Program-made: the position numbers and the translations under genes
Notes under the pieces: model-generated
The model's input: only the letters and a program-made list of their open reading frames with translations
Told to the model about the DNA's origin: nothing
Databases searched by the model: none
NCBI RefSeq assembly: GCF_001194135.2
Contig: NC_068997.1
Location: 2,265,457 to 2,329,456, forward strand
From: Octopus bimaculoides
Lineage: Eukaryota
DNA: 64,000 nucleotides
Direction: 5' to 3'
Part shown: positions 36,765 through 49,347 of the stretch, piece after piece
Numbering within the stretch: the first letter of the stretch is position 1
How the letters are laid out: each line of letters begins with the position of its first letter

Positions 36765-36986
36765 CTATATATATATATATATACATACACACATGCACAT
36801 GCAATCAACATATGCACACACATGTTTACCCATTACATGCATATGCACACACGTAAATACAGTTATAGTCACAAGTATGGCTACGCGATTAACACATTTC
36901 CTTCTCAACCATGTCCTTGTGAGTACATTTGCAGACAGTAACACAAATGAAGCCCATTGTGTGTGTGTATATATATACATACATAC

Positions 36987-37019
<33 letters not shown>

Positions 37020-37559
37020 TGAGCGTGGCCGTTGCCAGTACCGCCTGACTGGCCTTCGTGCGGGTGACACGTAAAAGCACTCACTACACTCTCAGAGTGG
37101 TTGGCGTTAGGAAGGGCATCCAGCTGTAGAAACTCTGCCAAANNNNNNNNNNAAAAGCACTCACTACACTCTCAGAGTGGTTGGCGTTAGGAAGGGCATC
37201 CAGCTGTAGAAACTCTGCCAAACCAGATTGGAGGCTGGTGTTGCCATCCGGTTTCACCAGTCCTCAGTCAATTCGTCCAACCCATGCTAGCATGGAAAGC
37301 GGACGTTAAACGATGATGATGATATATAGGACTAGGGATGAATACCAAGTGAACTGGTTCTGGACAGTGGGGGAAGATAATTGATGTCAAGGAAAAGCTG
37401 CAGTTAGAGAGAAGGGAGGTGAAGTGTGGGAGGGGAGTCATGAGCAGGGAATTGAGCAAAGGGCCTAGATGTCCTTATATATATATATATATATAAACAC
37501 ATACAGTGCTTTCGGAACTTAGTTCTACAGAGTTGAGCATATTGCTGGTCNNNNNNNNN

Positions 37560-37950
37560 NGTCATCTGTTCTACAAGGTTCAAAGTCTTGATATCAGCCT
37601 TCACCATTTCACAGTAGGTCTTCCTTGTTCACCTTATTCTACATGCTCCATCCACATTAAGTGGTCAGCTCTTCTTTATACAGCTGTCGTCATCCCTGTG
37701 CATCACACATTCATACTAGAGTAGTCTACTCTCTTGCAAGTTACCTCTGAGTCTTCTTTTGCTCAGTTTTTCTCTCAAACAACACATTTATACAATATCA
37801 TTCATTGCACATTCAATGAAATATGCTTACTCCATTTCTGCCTAGCTTCCTCAAGTCCTCTGCATTCAAGGCCCATCTCTTACTACAAGACAATATCATA
37901 GTTCTCACACAAGCGTCATACAATCTGTCATTTATTCAGAGAGAAAAGAC
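37560..37950 (-). mobile_element. Decayed RTE-type LINE fragment
   Basis: Nucleotide similarity to 44050-44400 and 53000-53450. Confidence 0.55.
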
Positions 37951-37970
37951 TTTTATTGCCAGCAATACTC

Positions 37971-38377
37971 TCTTTTACTCTTTTACTCTTTTACTTGTTT
38001 CAGTCATTTGACTGCAGCCATGCTGGAGCACTGCCTTTAGTCAAGCAAATCGACCCCAGGACTTATTCTTTGTAAGCCTAGTACGTATTCTATTGGTCTC
38101 TTTTGCTGAACTGCTAAGTTACAGGGATGTAAACACACCAGCATCGGTTGTCAAGCGATGTTAGGGGGACAATCACAGACATACAAACACACATATATAT
38201 ATATACATATACATATATATGACAGGCTTCTTTCAGTTTCCGTCTACCAAATCCACTCACAAGGCTTTGGTTGGCCCGAGGCTATAGTAGAAGACACTTG
38301 CCCAAGGTGCCACGCAGTGGGACTGAACCCGGAACCATGTGGTTGGTAAGCAAGCTACTTACCACGCAGCCACTCCT
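37971..38377 (-). mobile_element. tRNA-derived SINE family B, full-length copy; at least 15 further copies (e.g. 540-1015, 9775-10100, 10390-10810, 17760-18390, 22650-22950, 32785-33150, 45640-46060, 47890-48495, 50650-51000)
   Basis: A-box GGCTGCGTGGTAAG, B-box GGTTCAGTCCC, body CCTTGGGCAAGTGTCTTCTACTATAGCC, internal CA/TA microsatellite, (AGTAAAAG)n tail. Confidence 0.85.
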
Positions 38378-38739
38378 CAGAAGCTTCCTGACCATTTTAT
38401 CATCCTATTCTTACCTTAGCTACCGTATTTCAGAATTACCACCATCCCTGCTAATTAGGTCGCATAGGTAACAAAAGCTATCAACAACCTCGGAGGCACT
38501 TAAGAGAATCTCTCTCTCGTGTTCCAGTGCATGTCTTATATATGAAACTTACTTTCTTTGTTAATCCACCTATAGTTCCAATATACCTTTGCTGTATCCA
38601 TAACTTACACAACCAAATGCTGGACAGATTTTACCGACTCACCACTTCCTTAAAATTTCAGACCAACTGACTAAATTTGATATCATTACCATTACTATTA
38701 TTACTATTGTTATTGTAGAAGTAGTAGTAGAAGTAGAAT

Positions 38740-38771
<32 letters not shown>

Positions 38772-39091
38772 CAAATGGTAAAATACAGCACTAATTTCTT
38801 TTGTAGCATATAGGTTGGAAAGTATATTACACACACACACACACAAATGGGAAAAAACTGTTATATATATCATGATATATATATATATATGTGTGTGTGT
38901 TGTGCATGTGTATAAAATAATGGAGATTGTTACATATATATCTGGAGATTGCACAGGAAAAAAAGTATAACAAAACATGAAAAACAATAAACATATAAAA
39001 TGAAAATGAATTCAGAAAAAAAAAAAATGGTCAAAAATAAAAAAAATCACTTTCTCTCTAAATGAATTTGTAAGAAAATTGATTGAATTAC

Positions 39092-39196
39092 CTTCTAGAA
39101 CTGGGTTAGACAAGAGTAACTGTTCCTTGACATGGTCAATGTCAACCCCTTTACCTGACACCTGTGCTACATATTGCATTATTACTTTGCTGGCCT
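39092..39196 (-). CDS. MYO1B: Myosin I exon (EASKVIMQYVAQVSGKGVDIDHVKEQLLLSNPVLE)
   Basis: 105 nt; acceptor ttgttttcag, donor gtaatt; phase 1 at both ends, matching its neighbours. Confidence 0.95.
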
Positions 39197-39206
39197 CTGA
39201 AAACAA

Positions 39207-39247
<41 letters not shown>

Positions 39248-40049
39248 TCATAATGACAACAACAACAATAATAATAATAATAATAATCTTTTTCTACTAG
39301 AAACCTGAAATTTGGAGGAGAGCATTAGTTAATTACATAAACCCCAGTGTTCAAATGAATGAAAGCAAAGTCGATCTCAGCGGCATTTGAACTCAGAATG
39401 AAAAGACAGACAAGATGCTGTTGAGAATTTTGCCGAGCACACTAAAGATTCTGCCAGCTCACTGCCTTGAACTTGATGATGATGATGAACAAATTCACTG
39501 AATAAATCTCTTCTTCTCTTCACCACATCACTATCTATTAGATTGGGGTGGTGGTGGTGTCTTTACAACAACAACGATTACTGTTGTTTCTTACAGCAGA
39601 TGTCGTCTGTGGGTAATTGTCTTCAGTCATTACCACTGTTAAAATGGCAGATCTTGCAATGCAAATGTGATGGAGGTGAAGGTGGGTGTTTCACACAGGG
39701 TAGTTTGGAAGCAGTTAAAGGAATGCTGCCATTAACTGGCCACAAATATATAGGCAGTAATAGCAAACACACACATAGATATGTACACACACATAGATAC
39801 ATATACATGTGTACATACATAAAAATATAAGAGATGCTTGTCATATACTCATATAGGGGCAGGCATAGCTGGGCAGTAAAAAGTTTACTTCTAATTACAT
39901 GGTTTGGGAGTTCAGTCTCACTGCATGGCAGGCGTCTTCTTCTATAGCCCTTGGCTGACCAAAATCTTATAAGTGAATTTGGTAGGTAGAAAATGAAAGA
40001 AGTCTCTTGCATACATGTGTGTGTGTATATGTATATATACATATATATG

Positions 40050-40368
40050 AAGGTATGTGGCTTAGTGGTTAAGGCATTTGGCTCATGAACATAAGGTCGT
40101 GAGTTCAATTCCCAGTAACACGTTGCATCCTTCAGCAAGGCACTTTAATTCACATTGCTCCAGTCCACTCAGCTGGCAAAAATGAATAGTACCTGTATTT
40201 CAAAGGACCAGCTTTGTCACACTGTATCATGCTGAATCTGCCTGAGAACAATTTTAAGGGCCACACATGTCTGTGGAGTGCTCAGCCACTTGCACGTTAA
40301 TTTCACAAGCAAGCTGTTCCATTGATCAGATCAGTTGGGACCATCATTGTCATAACCAACAGAGTGCT
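40050..40368 (+). mobile_element. Mosaic tRNA-derived SINE (family E-type core, family D 3' half)
   Basis: Head TGGCTTAGTGGTTAAGG..GAGTTCAATTCC; core AGCAAGGCACTTT..CACTCAGCTG shared with 12720-12995 and 47405-47660; 40195-40368 aligns to 50420-50596. Confidence 0.7.
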
Positions 40369-40369
40369 C

Positions 40370-40407
<38 letters not shown>

Positions 40408-40439
40408 AACACACACACATATATACATACATACACATA

Positions 40440-41763
40440 CAAGGGGAAGTGACAAATCATCTGCACTTTTGCAAAAGCTTACTTTAGGTTGGCTGTACTG
40501 CCTTCAGCATTCGTACGTTATAAGGTTGTACTCTTGTGATTATATAACCAAGGTATGACTTTGATTGTTCCAGTTTTTTTTTTTTTTTTCTTGTGTTACC
40601 GAGTAAACATAGCAGCTCCACTGGCAGTGTGGACCAAAAAAGAACAGAGATCAGTGATTTCTTTGGTCTGAAAGCATTTCAAAAGCTGAAATTTGTTGCA
40701 GACTCTCAGTACATTACAGGGACAGCATTCTACTGCGTAGAAGCATGTATGAGTGGATCGGGAATTTTTGAAATGACTGGACATGCATGAATGACAAGGA
40801 GGGAGCGGGACACCGGTCAACTCCCATTAGTGACATGAAGGTTCAACAAGCTCAAGAGATGGTTCTGATGAGTCCATGGGTGACCATCGATGAAGTAGCA
40901 TGTTCTTTGCAAATTAGTCATTATTCTGCATACAAAATCATCTGCGACAGACTTTGCTAGCAGAAAGTCTGTGCGAGATGAGTGTCAAGAGAGCACACTG
41001 AAGCACATAGATGCAATAGTGTTGAGATCTGTCAATACTTACTCAGTAATGATAAAGGCAAAGCATTTTTTTAATAGAGAGAATAGTTACAGGAAATATA
41101 CATGAGATGAGAGCTGGATCCATCACTCTGAGCTAGAATCAAAAGGCAGTGTAGGGAACGGAAACATCTGGAAATGTCAGCAAAAATGTAATTCAAGACT
41201 CAACCTTCTGCAGAAAAAGTGATACTAATCATTTTTTAGGTTGCAGAAAGACTTATTTTGGAACATTATTGGGAAAAGGGGTCTATAGTCACCAATGCAG
41301 ACTGCAGTGAAATGCTGGCCAACAGACTGAAACCATCGATTTACACCAAACAGTGAAGTCTATTATCAATGCAAATGTTATTGCTCCATGACAATGCATG
41401 CCCACATACAGCTGACTGCACCATTAAAACCATAAAAAAAAAATTGAATTTTTAGATGCTGGAACATCCTGCAAACAGTTCAGATTTCACTGTTTGACTA
41501 TCACATCTTTGACTTCTCAAATGTCCTTTCTGAGTTCATTGATTTGCTACAGATGAAGAAATGCAGGAAGCAGTGCATAAATAGCTGCACAACCAGTGAA
41601 AACTTTTCTTTTCTGATGGAAAAGCAAGCTTGTGATCTGTTGCAAGAAGTGCATTGAAAAGCAAGGAGACTATGTCAAAAAAGTGTATAATTATTTAACC
41701 CCTGCTTCTTTGGCTTTAATAACTTACTGAAACATAAGTGTGCATAAGTTTTGACTTACCTCT
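40440..41763 (+). mobile_element. Decayed near-full-length mariner transposon
   Basis: Remnants KVCAR*V, ESWIHH, KTQPSAEKV and LLHDNACPHTA; degenerate termini CAAGGGGAAGT / TTTTGACTTACCTCT; many stops and frameshifts. Confidence 0.8.
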
Positions 41764-41909
41764 TTTATACACACACACATAAACATACATACACACATAT
41801 ATATATATGTGCATGTATGTATAAAATATATATGGAAATATATATATGTGTATACACATATATGTGTATATAAATGTTTACACCTGTATGTGTGTGTGTG
41901 AGAATATAC

Positions 41910-41958
<49 letters not shown>

Positions 41959-42072
41959 NNNNNNNNNNNNNNNNNNNNNNNNNNNNNNNNNNNNNNNNNN
42001 NNNNNNNNNNNNNNNNNNNNNNNNNNNNNNNNNNNNNNNNNNNNNNNNNNNNNNNNNNNNNNNNNNNNNNNN

Positions 42073-42123
<51 letters not shown>

Positions 42124-43669
42124 TGTGTGTCTTTGTCTACCCTCACCTACCACTTGACAACTAATACTGGTTTGTTTACGTCCCTGAATCCCTGAAACTT
42201 AGCAGTTTGGTAAAAGAGACTGATAAAATAAATGCCAGACTTTAAAAACTAAGCCCTGGGGTTAATTTGTAAGACGAAAAGCCCTTCAAACATGGTACCC
42301 CAGCATGGCCGCAGTTCAATGACTGACACAAGTAAAAGGCCCATAGCCTGAATCCACCTATCATGTACACATATTACTGCATAACCTATCATACCTTTTA
42401 TCTACCCACCCTGAACCTGTTTAATTTACCTGTCTACCATCTCCTCATGTGACTGTATAACATATCCCACCCTTAATTCACCCAGCATCTCGCCATTATT
42501 CCTAATCTCATCCATAGTGTCAAGTATCTTTGAATATTTTATCATTTCTCTAAAACATTTTACTTCCTTTTCTTCTCACAAAATGGTAAACTGTTTTGGA
42601 ACAATGCAATGTGTGTGTGTGTGTGTGTTTATGTATGTATGTATGTATGTATGTATGTATGCGTCTATATTGTTTATATGTGAGTGTGTAGTCATTTATT
42701 GTGTCTGTAGCCATGTATATGTGTGTGTGCATAGGTTCATATGTGATTCGATATATTTACATATACATTGAATATTGATATTGATGCACATAAGTATGAG
42801 TGTATACAAAAGTATGAATCAGTGTGTATATTTAATATATGTAAATGTGAATAGATGAGTATATGAATGTGTATATGTAATAAGTGTGATTAAATATATT
42901 TAGAGACACATTAAATATTTATGTATGTATATAAGAAATATGTTTATATGTATGTACATAAGTAAATATGTACATATGTATGTGTGCGTGTATATACATA
43001 AGAGTGAATGCATGTATATGTATATGTGTGTGTGTGTGTGTGTATGCGTGCGCACGTGCTTATGTGTTTAACTACTGATATGTCATTCATTAATACAATT
43101 ATCAAATATTCAGATAATGAAGATTTCAGCAAACAAACACATAAAATAAAACTAACAAAACTATAAAATATAATATCTATACATACATACATACATTCAT
43201 ATACACATATGTACAAATATGTGTATATATATATATATGTATATACACACACACACACACACACATACAAATCCAAATGACTCACCACCACCATCATTAG
43301 TTTATCATCTCTACTAATCACCTACACCATCACCGTTACATTACCACTATCTCTACACCAACCACACCAACTCCCCCACCCTGACCCTCAGGCCATTTCT
43401 ATAAATACACATAAATCTCCATTCGAACAATAATCTATCTCCCGGCCAACACAGCAAGCTTCTATCACCTTAATTACTGCAACTATTTACCAAGACATTA
43501 CATCAGTCTCCAATATTCTGAGATAACTATTCAAAGACTAACTAATGTAGCTCCAGACTGAGCACATTTCCCATCTGGTGGGGGTAAGTAGTGGGAAAGT
43601 GTCAGCTAGAGCAGTGTTATATAGAGTATATGATGAAGGGCATCCTGTTATTTAGCTATTATCATCATC

Positions 43670-44400
43670 ATCATCATCATCCTCATCATTCTTTATCGTC
43701 TGTTTTCCATGCTGGCATGGGTTGGATGGTCTGACTGGAGCAGGCAAGCCAGAGAGCTGCAACCAGGTTCCGCTCTGATTCGGTATGGTTTCTATGGCTA
43801 GATGCCCTTTCTAATGCCAGCCACCTTACAGTGTGTACTGGGTGCTTTTAATGTGGCCCCAGCATGAGCACTTTTACATGTCACCAGTACGGGTGCTTTT
43901 TGTGTGGCACTGGCAAAAGTGCTTCTAATATGGCACCAGTACAGGACTCTTGCAGGCTAATCCTCTTTGCCAGGGGATGTGGTTGTAACACTGCTGCTGT
44001 GAAGTATGGGTCTTCTGGAGTACACAAGGTGACAATTATCTCAGTCCTTTGTCATTGCGTCCAAAAGGTTTAGCATTCTGAGGTCATCTATCAAGACTTT
44101 GTCCTATGTCTTCTTACATCTCCCCCTTCCATGAATTTCATCCACTTTGAGTGAACAGCACTTTACAGAGCTGTCAGCATCCATCTGCATCACATAACCA
44201 ATCCAGTGGAGTCTTCTCTCTTGCACATTGCATCTAATTTCTCTTATGCCAACTTTTCTCTGAATACACTAACACTCTGTGACACAAGTACACTTACATT
44301 ACACATCCAGCAGAGTATACTAGCTTCATTCCTCTCTAGTCTTTACATGTCCTCTGCATTCCGGGCCCATGTCTCACTACCATGTAGAATTGCTGTTGGA
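43670..44400 (-). mobile_element. RTE-type LINE 3' end: ORF2 C-terminus contiguous with a modular 3' UTR and (GAT)n tail
   Basis: LHGSETWAR..RLERNEAS..VQERRL runs into the GCACC modules, GGAAGGGCATCC-like motif and GAT tail. Confidence 0.8.
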
Positions 44401-44434
44401 TTTATATTATATTATATTATATTATATTATATTT

Positions 44435-44475
<41 letters not shown>

Positions 44476-44547
44476 AAGAGATTTGTTATGTAAGGCTGGA
44501 ACAAGGGATGAAAAAGGTTACTCAGATTTGAGCAACAACTTTTCCAA

Positions 44548-44587
44548 ATGTCCTGAAGAAGGGGTTATAACCCTGAAATATAGAAAT
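44548..44587 (+). ncRNA. Minimal type I hammerhead ribozyme motif
   Basis: ATGTC-CTGAAGA-AGGG[GTTATAA]CCCT-GAA-ATAT-A-GAAAT. Stem I pairs 4 of 5; stem III is a palindromic ATAT. Confidence 0.55.
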
Positions 44588-44699
44588 ACAGCGTAAAACC
44601 ACAACTTTGTTTTGTTTTCTTTCCTTTTCCTTTTGTAGTTTACCTTGTACCTTCTTGCATTGTTCTGGCCTTACACAACAAATCTCTTCAGAATAATAA

Positions 44700-44920
44700 T
44701 ACCTCACAATAAAATCCTCTTTGTGGTGTTTGTGGACTTTTCCAAGGCATTTGGCACTGGTCTGAGAAAGTATTTCGAAAGTGCTAGAGCCTTATGGATG
44801 CCCTGAGATGCTCGTCAATATCATCAAGCAGTTCCACACAGTCATGAAAGGACTAGTCTCAGTTGGCAGAGAATTTAGTGAAACGTTTGCAGTCAACCAT
44901 GGTGTGAAGCAGGAGTGTGT
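44700..44920 (+). mobile_element. RTE-type reverse transcriptase fragment
   Basis: LFVVFVDFSKAF...F..NHGVKQECV motifs. Confidence 0.65.
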
Positions 44921-47108
44921 GTGCTTGTCCCAAGGTGCCATGCACTGGGACTGAACCCAGAACCATGTAGTTGGGAAACAAACTCCTTACCACACAACTA
45001 CACCTACACACACACACACACACACATATATATCATCTTCATTATTACCGTCATTGTCATTTTAACATCAACTATTCCATGATTCCATAGGACAGTTGAA
45101 ATCTGTTAAAAGCAATTTCTCTACTGTCAGATGCTCTCCACAAACCCAAATCACAATATTCTGTCTTAACAAACAACATATTAGATAAAGTAGATCATGT
45201 AGTCTCAGGTGGGATAGTTATTGTTGGAAAGTCTTTAATCAGGGACCTGCTCAATCCTCACTCACTCGATCGTAACTCACCTAACAATCATTCTGAACTC
45301 TAACAAAACTTGAAAAGAAACAATTCATTCAGATGAGTTTTTACTTAACTTTCACTCACAGCATTATCACAATTTCAGTCTGTGGAGACTGTTTTTATTC
45401 TTCTAACTCTCATCAAGGTGCAGATCTGGCAGAAATGTGAGCATGCCAGGTGAAATGCTTAGTGGTATTTCGTCTGTCTTTATGTTCTGAGTTTCAATTC
45501 CACCAAGGTCGACTTTGCCTTTCATTCTTTCGGGGTCGATAAATTAAGTACCAGTTGCATACTGGAGGATCTAATCGACCAGCCCCCTTCCCCCAAATTT
45601 CCGGGCCTTGTGCCTAGAGCAGAAAAAATTCTTTTAACTCTTAACTTTCACTTAGTTTCATTCATTTGACTTTGACCATGCTGGAGCACTGCTTTGAAGG
45701 GTTTTAGTTGAGCAAATCGATCCCAAGGACTTTTTTTTTTACAAACCTAGTACTTATTCTATCAGTTTCTTTTGTTGAACCACTAAGTTGCAGGGGCATA
45801 AACACACCAACACCAGTTGTCAAGCGGTGGGGGGTGGACAAACACAGACACTAAGACACATACGCATAGATACATACACACAGACACATAGGTACACACA
45901 CACACACACAATGGGTTTCTTCCAATTTCCATCTACCAAATCCATTAACAAGGCTTTGGTTGGCCTGGGGTTATAGTAGAAGACACTTGTCCAAGGTGCC
46001 ATGCAATAGGACTGAACCTGGAACCACATACCTGGGAAGCAAGCTTCTTACCACGCATCCACAACTATGCCCATTTTAATTAATTAAGTCAACACACACA
46101 CAGACACGTGCGTGCATGCAAGCACATTACCTCCATCAAACCACCCACACACGACTCACAAACATACACATGAGTGGACAAAATTAAATGAATCTCAACA
46201 CCCACACACACAGAACACTTACATAGACCCACACATTGAACCCACAAACAGACACAGAGACAATTCTTCAAAAATCTATTAAAAGTTATAATTTCCAAAA
46301 TTTAAAGTCATAATAACTATTATAATTTTTAAAAAAAGAAACAACATACATTCATAACACGTACACACACACACACACACAGGTATACACCCATATGCAA
46401 TACCTACACACATACACACACAAGCACATGCATGTGCACACACACTTGCTAAGGCACACACATACACGTACAGGCATAGATGTATGCACACATACAGGCA
46501 CAAGCACACACTCACATGCACGCAGATATATTCACACATATGTAATCACATATGCAGAGCCACACACGTTTGCAAATGCATTTACACAGAACCATATATA
46601 CTCACACACACACACATATATACGTATCTACGTACACATGCATTGAGGCAGAGATTTTTTGATGAAATCTGTGAAATTAGAAATGAGAAAAACAATCGCA
46701 TTAAAAAAACAAATGAGTTTATGAGAAAAATGCTAAACTACTATGTCATCTAAAATAGCAATCGCCACTACCACTACAACCATCACCAAGACTACAATTC
46801 TAACTAGAAGACCAACTACAATTACCCCTCACTATTGTAGCACTAACCACACCTGTCTACCTCAAAGTAACGCTACAACATCAACTACATCCAGCTACCA
46901 CCGATACTACCACATCAGATACATCTCCTACCACCACCACAGCCAACACGCCCACCACTACTACCACCACTGTCATCACCATCACCACAACTGCAATATC
47001 AGTGATAAAAGAAATTATAGAACAATGCTTTGGTTTTGTTGAATGGTAGAATAAAATGTGTGGAGATGGCAGTGGTGGCGGTAGCAGTGGTGGCGATTAT
47101 GTAATCTC

Positions 47109-47318
47109 AGACCACCACCAGCTGTACTGTCTATATTTAACATAGACCATCACCAGCTGTACTGTCTATATTTAACATAGACCATCACCAGCTGTACTGT
47201 CTATATTTAACATAGACCATCACCAGCTATATTGTCTATATTTAACATAGATCACCACCAGCTATATTGTCTATATTTAACATAGACCACCACCAGCTGT
47301 ATTGTTTATATTTAAGAT
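47109..47318. repeat. 35-bp minisatellite, 6 copies
   Basis: Unit AGACCA(T/C)CACCAGCT(G/A)TA(C/T)TGTCTATATTTAACAT starts at 47109, 47144, 47179, 47214, 47249 and 47284. Confidence 0.95.
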
Positions 47319-47732
47319 ACAGCATCTTTAGTAACTGTGTTGAGTATGTATTTAGAGAAATTGAGGTTGTATTACACTGATGCAAGAGATAGAGAGAGAG
47401 AAAGAGCTTCATCTGATTTGTGTGCAACACAGTTTATTTCACATTGCTCCAGTTCGCTCTACTGCAGAAATGAGTTGCAGGGTCACTGGTACCAAGTTGT
47501 ATCGGCCTTTGCCTTCCCCTCTGACTATATCTGTGGCATGGAGAGGAGACAGTGGTATGCATGGCTGACTGCTGGTCTTCCACAAAAACACTTTTCCTCA
47601 GAGAAGAACTTTCTAGGTTCAATCCCATGATCATTCATGACTGACGGAGGTCTTAACTTACTATATATTGGTGTAGGCATGGCTGTGTTGCTGGATTTAG
47701 TCACACTGCACAGCACCTTGTGTAAGTGTCTT

Positions 47733-47770
47733 CTGTCTGAAGAACGGGAACGTGAAACTCCGAGTAACAG
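47733..47770 (+). ncRNA. Minimal type I hammerhead ribozyme motif
   Basis: CTGT-CTGAAGA-ACG[GGAA]CGT-GAA-ACT[CCG]AGT-A-ACAG. All core positions match and all three stems pair. Confidence 0.75.
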
Positions 47771-48254
47771 TCTTTTATTATATTTCTGCTGCTTTTAAAT
47801 AAAGCATATTACTCTACCTCTGGTATTTGAGTACTCGTTTTTTCCACCTTGATGCACATTTATGTGCTTACTCGGTATATATATATATATATCCTTTACT
47901 TATTTTGGTCATTAGACTGCGGCCATGCTGGAATACCACCTTGAAGAAATTTTAGTCGAATGCATCAATCCCAGGACTTAGGGATTGTTAAGCATTGTAC
48001 TAATTGTAGCAGTCTTTTTGCAAAACTGCTAAGTTATAGGAACACAAGTACAACTAATACCAGTTGTCAAGCAGTGGTGGGGGACAAACACAGTCACAAA
48101 GACACACACACACACATGACAGACTTTGTAGAGTTTCCACTTACCAAATTCACTTAGAAGGGTTTTGCTGGCCTGAGGCTATTGTAGAAGACACTTGCCC
48201 AAGGTGCCACACAGTGGGACTGAACCCAGAACCTTGTGGTTGGGAAACAAGCTT

Positions 48255-48460
48255 ACTATAGGCACAGGGCCCAAAAGTTTTGGGGAGGGGGCCAGTCACT
48301 TACATCAACCCCAGTACGCTATTGGTATTTAATTTATCGACCCTGAAAAGATGAAAGGTAAAGCTGACCTCGGCAGAATTTGAACTCAGAATGTAAAGAC
48401 AGACGAAACACGGTTAAGCATTTCGCCCGGCGTCCTGACGTTTCTGCCAGTTTGCTGCCT
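48255..48460 (-). mobile_element. SINE family C (tail type 2) nested in a family B SINE; related copies at 14150-14290, 14350-14540, 14900-15110, 23280-23480, 23780-23980, 33160-33370, 39290-39470, 45420-45630
   Basis: TSD TGGGAAA(C/A)AAGCTT at 48241-48254 and 48461-48474; tail GGCCCCCT..CCAAAA..GGCC(C)TGTGCCTATAGT. Confidence 0.8.
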
Positions 48461-48548
48461 TGGGAAAAAAGCTTCTTACCACACAGCCATGCCTGTATGT
48501 ATACATACTTGCTTTACTTGTGTGTTTTTATGGCAGTATCTGCAATGG

Positions 48549-48582
<34 letters not shown>

Positions 48583-49029
48583 ATGAGTGTGCAATGTTTA
48601 GTAATGACTACCCATTAGAGATAACATCCCCCCCACACCGTACATACATATACACACAACAATAACCAACAACTCCCACCACTCCGCCCAGACCCATCCA
48701 TAAGAAAGAAATGTTCAAGACTTAGTAACCACTAGTATCTGTTCCTGTTGTTGTTGTTGCTGTGTCTGTTTTTGTTCCATCTCTGACCAATTTACCATTC
48801 TATGAACAATAAACTTTACAGTTGACATTGCCAGAATTCACCTTCAATAGATATTTGAAAAAAACCGCAAAGTTATTCCGGTGGTTGTCAAATTGTCAGA
48901 TGTGCTCCAGCTATGTTTTTAAACTTGCTCTTTGTCAGAGGTCAACTGACATGTGGGCTGTGGTGGAAGAGCTTTCTCATGTGTGTGTGTGTCTAATACA
49001 TACATACATACGTATATATATATAAATAA

Positions 49030-49060
<31 letters not shown>

Positions 49061-49110
49061 CACACATGCACATACATGTATGTAGATATATAAGTATGTA
49101 CATATACATC

Positions 49111-49145
<35 letters not shown>

Positions 49146-49200
49146 TACATACTCTCCCACCCATGCTAGTATGGAAAGCTGGAGTGAAATGATAATGATG

Positions 49201-49231
<31 letters not shown>

Positions 49232-49305
49232 CATATATGCATATATATATATGCATATATATATGCATGTGCATGTATATGTGTGTATATGTGTATGTGT
49301 GTGTG

Positions 49306-49347
<42 letters not shown>

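Noticed and set aside
37073-37222. Exact 70-bp direct duplication either side of a 10-N gap
   Set aside because: Typical unmerged contig overlap, so an assembly artefact.
40865-40900. CTGATGAGTCC, the classic hammerhead start
   Set aside because: It lies in the mariner transposase frame (VLMSPWVTIDEVA) and has no GGAC-GAAA partner.
47109-47318. Regular 35-bp periodicity suggestive of a CRISPR array
   Set aside because: The units are contiguous with no unique spacers, no cas genes are present, and the context is eukaryotic.
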